Source of the DNA: Macrostomum lignano
Taxonomy: Eukaryota
NCBI GenBank assembly: GCA_002269645.1
Contig: NIVC01003500.1
Span: forward strand, 1 to 64,000
Length of the DNA: 64,000 nt
Reading direction: 5' to 3'
Part shown: one piece after another, positions 61,867 through 64,000 of the stretch
Layout: each line of letters starts with the position of its first letter
How positions within the stretch are numbered: the first letter of the stretch is position 1
Position numbers and translations under genes: made by a program
The notes under the pieces: model-generated
Seen by the model: the letters and a program-made list of their open reading frames with translations, nothing else
Database searches by the model: none
Told to the model about the DNA's origin: nothing

Positions 61867-63164
61867 ATATGCTGCCACTACCAGTATAGAAGTAGATCAT
61901 TTTAATAAATTAGCTACTAGGCCTAACTTAAATTAGCTATTAGGCCTATTGGCATGGCATTGGCATAGGCCATCTTATTTAAATTTAATTAAAAGAACTA
62001 AAATTTAAATTTATTAAATATTGAACCTAAAATATTGTATTCTTTTAAAATAAATACAATTTATTATAAAATAAAATTCATATTAAAAAAAATATTTTAC
62101 TAATTAAATTTAATAATAGAAACTACGAAAGTAGTAAGTCATAAAAAGTAAAATTCAATTTAGAAATTCTGCAAAAATGCCAATAATGGCAATGCGCTTT
62201 TGATAATTATGCCATAGATGTATAAAATAGTGAGTATGCGTAGGCCTAGCGCCGCCTAGGGCCAATAAATGATTTTGATTTTGATTTTGGCCTAGGGCCA
62301 CTAGAATAAACAAGCGAATAATTTCGCGATACAAACTACGTAGTTTCAACTAGTTTGTAATCTTGGAGCGTTATATAAGGATCGACCGACCGTAATTTTT
62401 TTCGTGCGTGATTGGAACTACACCGTGCGTGAAACCGTGCGTGACCGTGAATTTTTTTATAACTTACATTTAATTTAAACATAGACCTATTATTATTAAT
62501 AGAAACAAGTCTAGTCATCTTTATTGATTTTAAGCTTTGTTTTATCATGTTCATGGTTTAACCGTATTTTATTACGTGGCTTTGTTACATCTGCGTTGAT
62601 TTGTTGCAATTTTGGTTTGCTTAGGGCCTTTGGTTGTGCTACACTCAGGGACTACTTAAACTAGGGACGGGAAACTGGCCATATCATGCAGAAAGTAGTT
62701 GGAGGCTTGGTGTTTTCTAGTGCTCCCTAGAATTTATAATTGAACGTAGAAAGCTGGTTTTTTTCTAGTTGCTCCCTAGAATTTATAATTTAACGTAGAA
62801 ATCTGGTTTCTTGGCCATCCTGTACAGAATTTACCCCTCTACAAGATGCACTACTTAGTTTTTTTTCGATCTTTATTTTGAGAGGAGCGTTGAGCTTTCT
62901 TGTACAGGACCCCCCTTTTTTCTAGAGAATTTAACATAGCAAACGCCTTATTGAAATGTCTAGGGTTTCTGCACAAGCATAATCGCTATATTCAGTTAAG
63001 CTTGTAGCCGCTTCTGCTGCGTCGTTTAAAAATTAGCCTCGAATAACTGAATAAAGAATAAAATTTTTCTTGTCATTATACTCTGAAAGCTGCTCTGTAA
63101 TTACTCTGAAACCGAGCCACACGAATTCGGGGGGGGGGGGGTAACAATGGAAAAAGAACAAAGG

Positions 63165-63660
63165 GAAAGCACTAGGGATGCTGCGAATGACCTCAACCTT
63201 GCTGGGGTCCGGTGCAATACCCTGCTCGCTGATCAGGTGTCCCAGGTACAGCACCCGGCGATGGCCGAACACGCTCTTCGCATTGTGCAGTTTGCATGAG
63301 ACCCGCATCTTGCAGCCGTTAAAAAACGCGCTCAAGTCTCACCAGATGCTCGTCAGAGGTCCTGTTGAAGACAATGATGTCGTCGATGTAAGTCAGCGCG
63401 GAGTCCCAGGACAGACCGGGCATCACCAGCTCCATCAGCCGCTGGAACGTTGCTGGGCATTGAGAATTCCAAAGCCCGTCTTGCGGAACTGCGTCAGGCC
63501 GCAGGTCGAATAGAAGACAGTTTTAAACCGGTCCTCTTCCGCCAACTCCACCTGGTGGTAGCCCTGCCGACAGTCGATGGTGGAAAACCAGGAGCACCCG
63601 ACCAAAGCAATTCATGCTTGCTGCATGTGCGGCAGCGGGTACGCGTCTTTGACCGTGCAG
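63165..63660 (-). mobile_element. Ty3/Gypsy reverse-transcriptase fragment
   Basis: TVKDAYPLP...WFSTIDCRQGYHQVELAEEDRFKTVF...GLTQF...TFQRLMELVMPGL...LTYIDDIIVF...VLYLGHLISEQGIAPDPSKVEVI; stops and frameshifts. Confidence 0.9.
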
Positions 63661-64000
63661 GGCACCGTGCCCTCAGCATTCGCGAGTTGTTAGGTTGAAA
63701 TCCGAGTAACAGGCAGGTGCAGTTGGGAAAGCTCGATTCAGGATATGGGCCTCCCACAGTCACCTGCCCAGAGGGCTCAAAGCCTCCGTTGGAGAAAAAT
63801 GTTGGAGAAAAAAAAATGGAGAAAAAAGAGATGCCGACTTCCACGAACAAATTCGGGTCAAACGAGCTCGTTTCCGGTGGGGTTTGGCTCGAAACGACTC
63901 TGTGAAAGTATGGCCACTTGAAGGTGGATGCTCCCAGAAGACGACTCCATTCTTCTCGGTGGTGCCGTCGTAGCTGCAAAGAATTGCTTCGTGCTTGATC
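63660..64000 (-). pseudogene. Second, truncated copy of the LamG-like gene family seen at 11272-12561 (runs off the window edge)
   Basis: IKHEAILCSYDGTTEKNGVVFW...PPETSSFDPNLFVEVG...TFFSNGGFEPSGQVTVGGPYPESSFPNCTCLLLGF aligns with 12150-12480; own frameshift ~63930-63935; C-terminus replaced by the RT fragment. Confidence 0.7.

Overview
Eukaryotic (metazoan) genomic DNA: GT-AG introns, GC-rich coding exons and long minisatellites filling most introns. The style resembles the free-living flatworm Macrostomum, but that is an inference I cannot confirm. Core content is a run of seven co-oriented + strand housekeeping genes: GEN1, two tandem p24/TMED paralogs with unusual long repeat inserts, a CNPY3/4 ending in KDEL, SPATA20, mitochondrial GATC and SUGCT. 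Also present are a 12-copy FNGGMFamide neuropeptide precursor, a type I membrane protein with two PPxY motifs, two broken copies of a secreted PAN/Apple + LamG-like gene, a large low-complexity ORF, decayed Gypsy and Tc1 elements, and several MITEs in AT-rich, CpG-depleted blocks. Three signals are missed by the ORF track. (1) A two-exon, 53-aa secreted cystine-knot peptide with near omega-conotoxin cysteine spacing at 15540-15840 (-). (2) GATC and SUGCT have no genomic start ATG, but their ORFs begin exactly in frame after splice acceptors, which fits initiation from the 3'-terminal AUG of the flatworm spliced leader. (3) Relics of a Mab-21/cGAS-like gene and a UBR-box zinc finger. Several 1-nt frameshifts in otherwise clean ORFs may be assembly errors. 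No rRNA, tRNA or CRISPR array was recognised.
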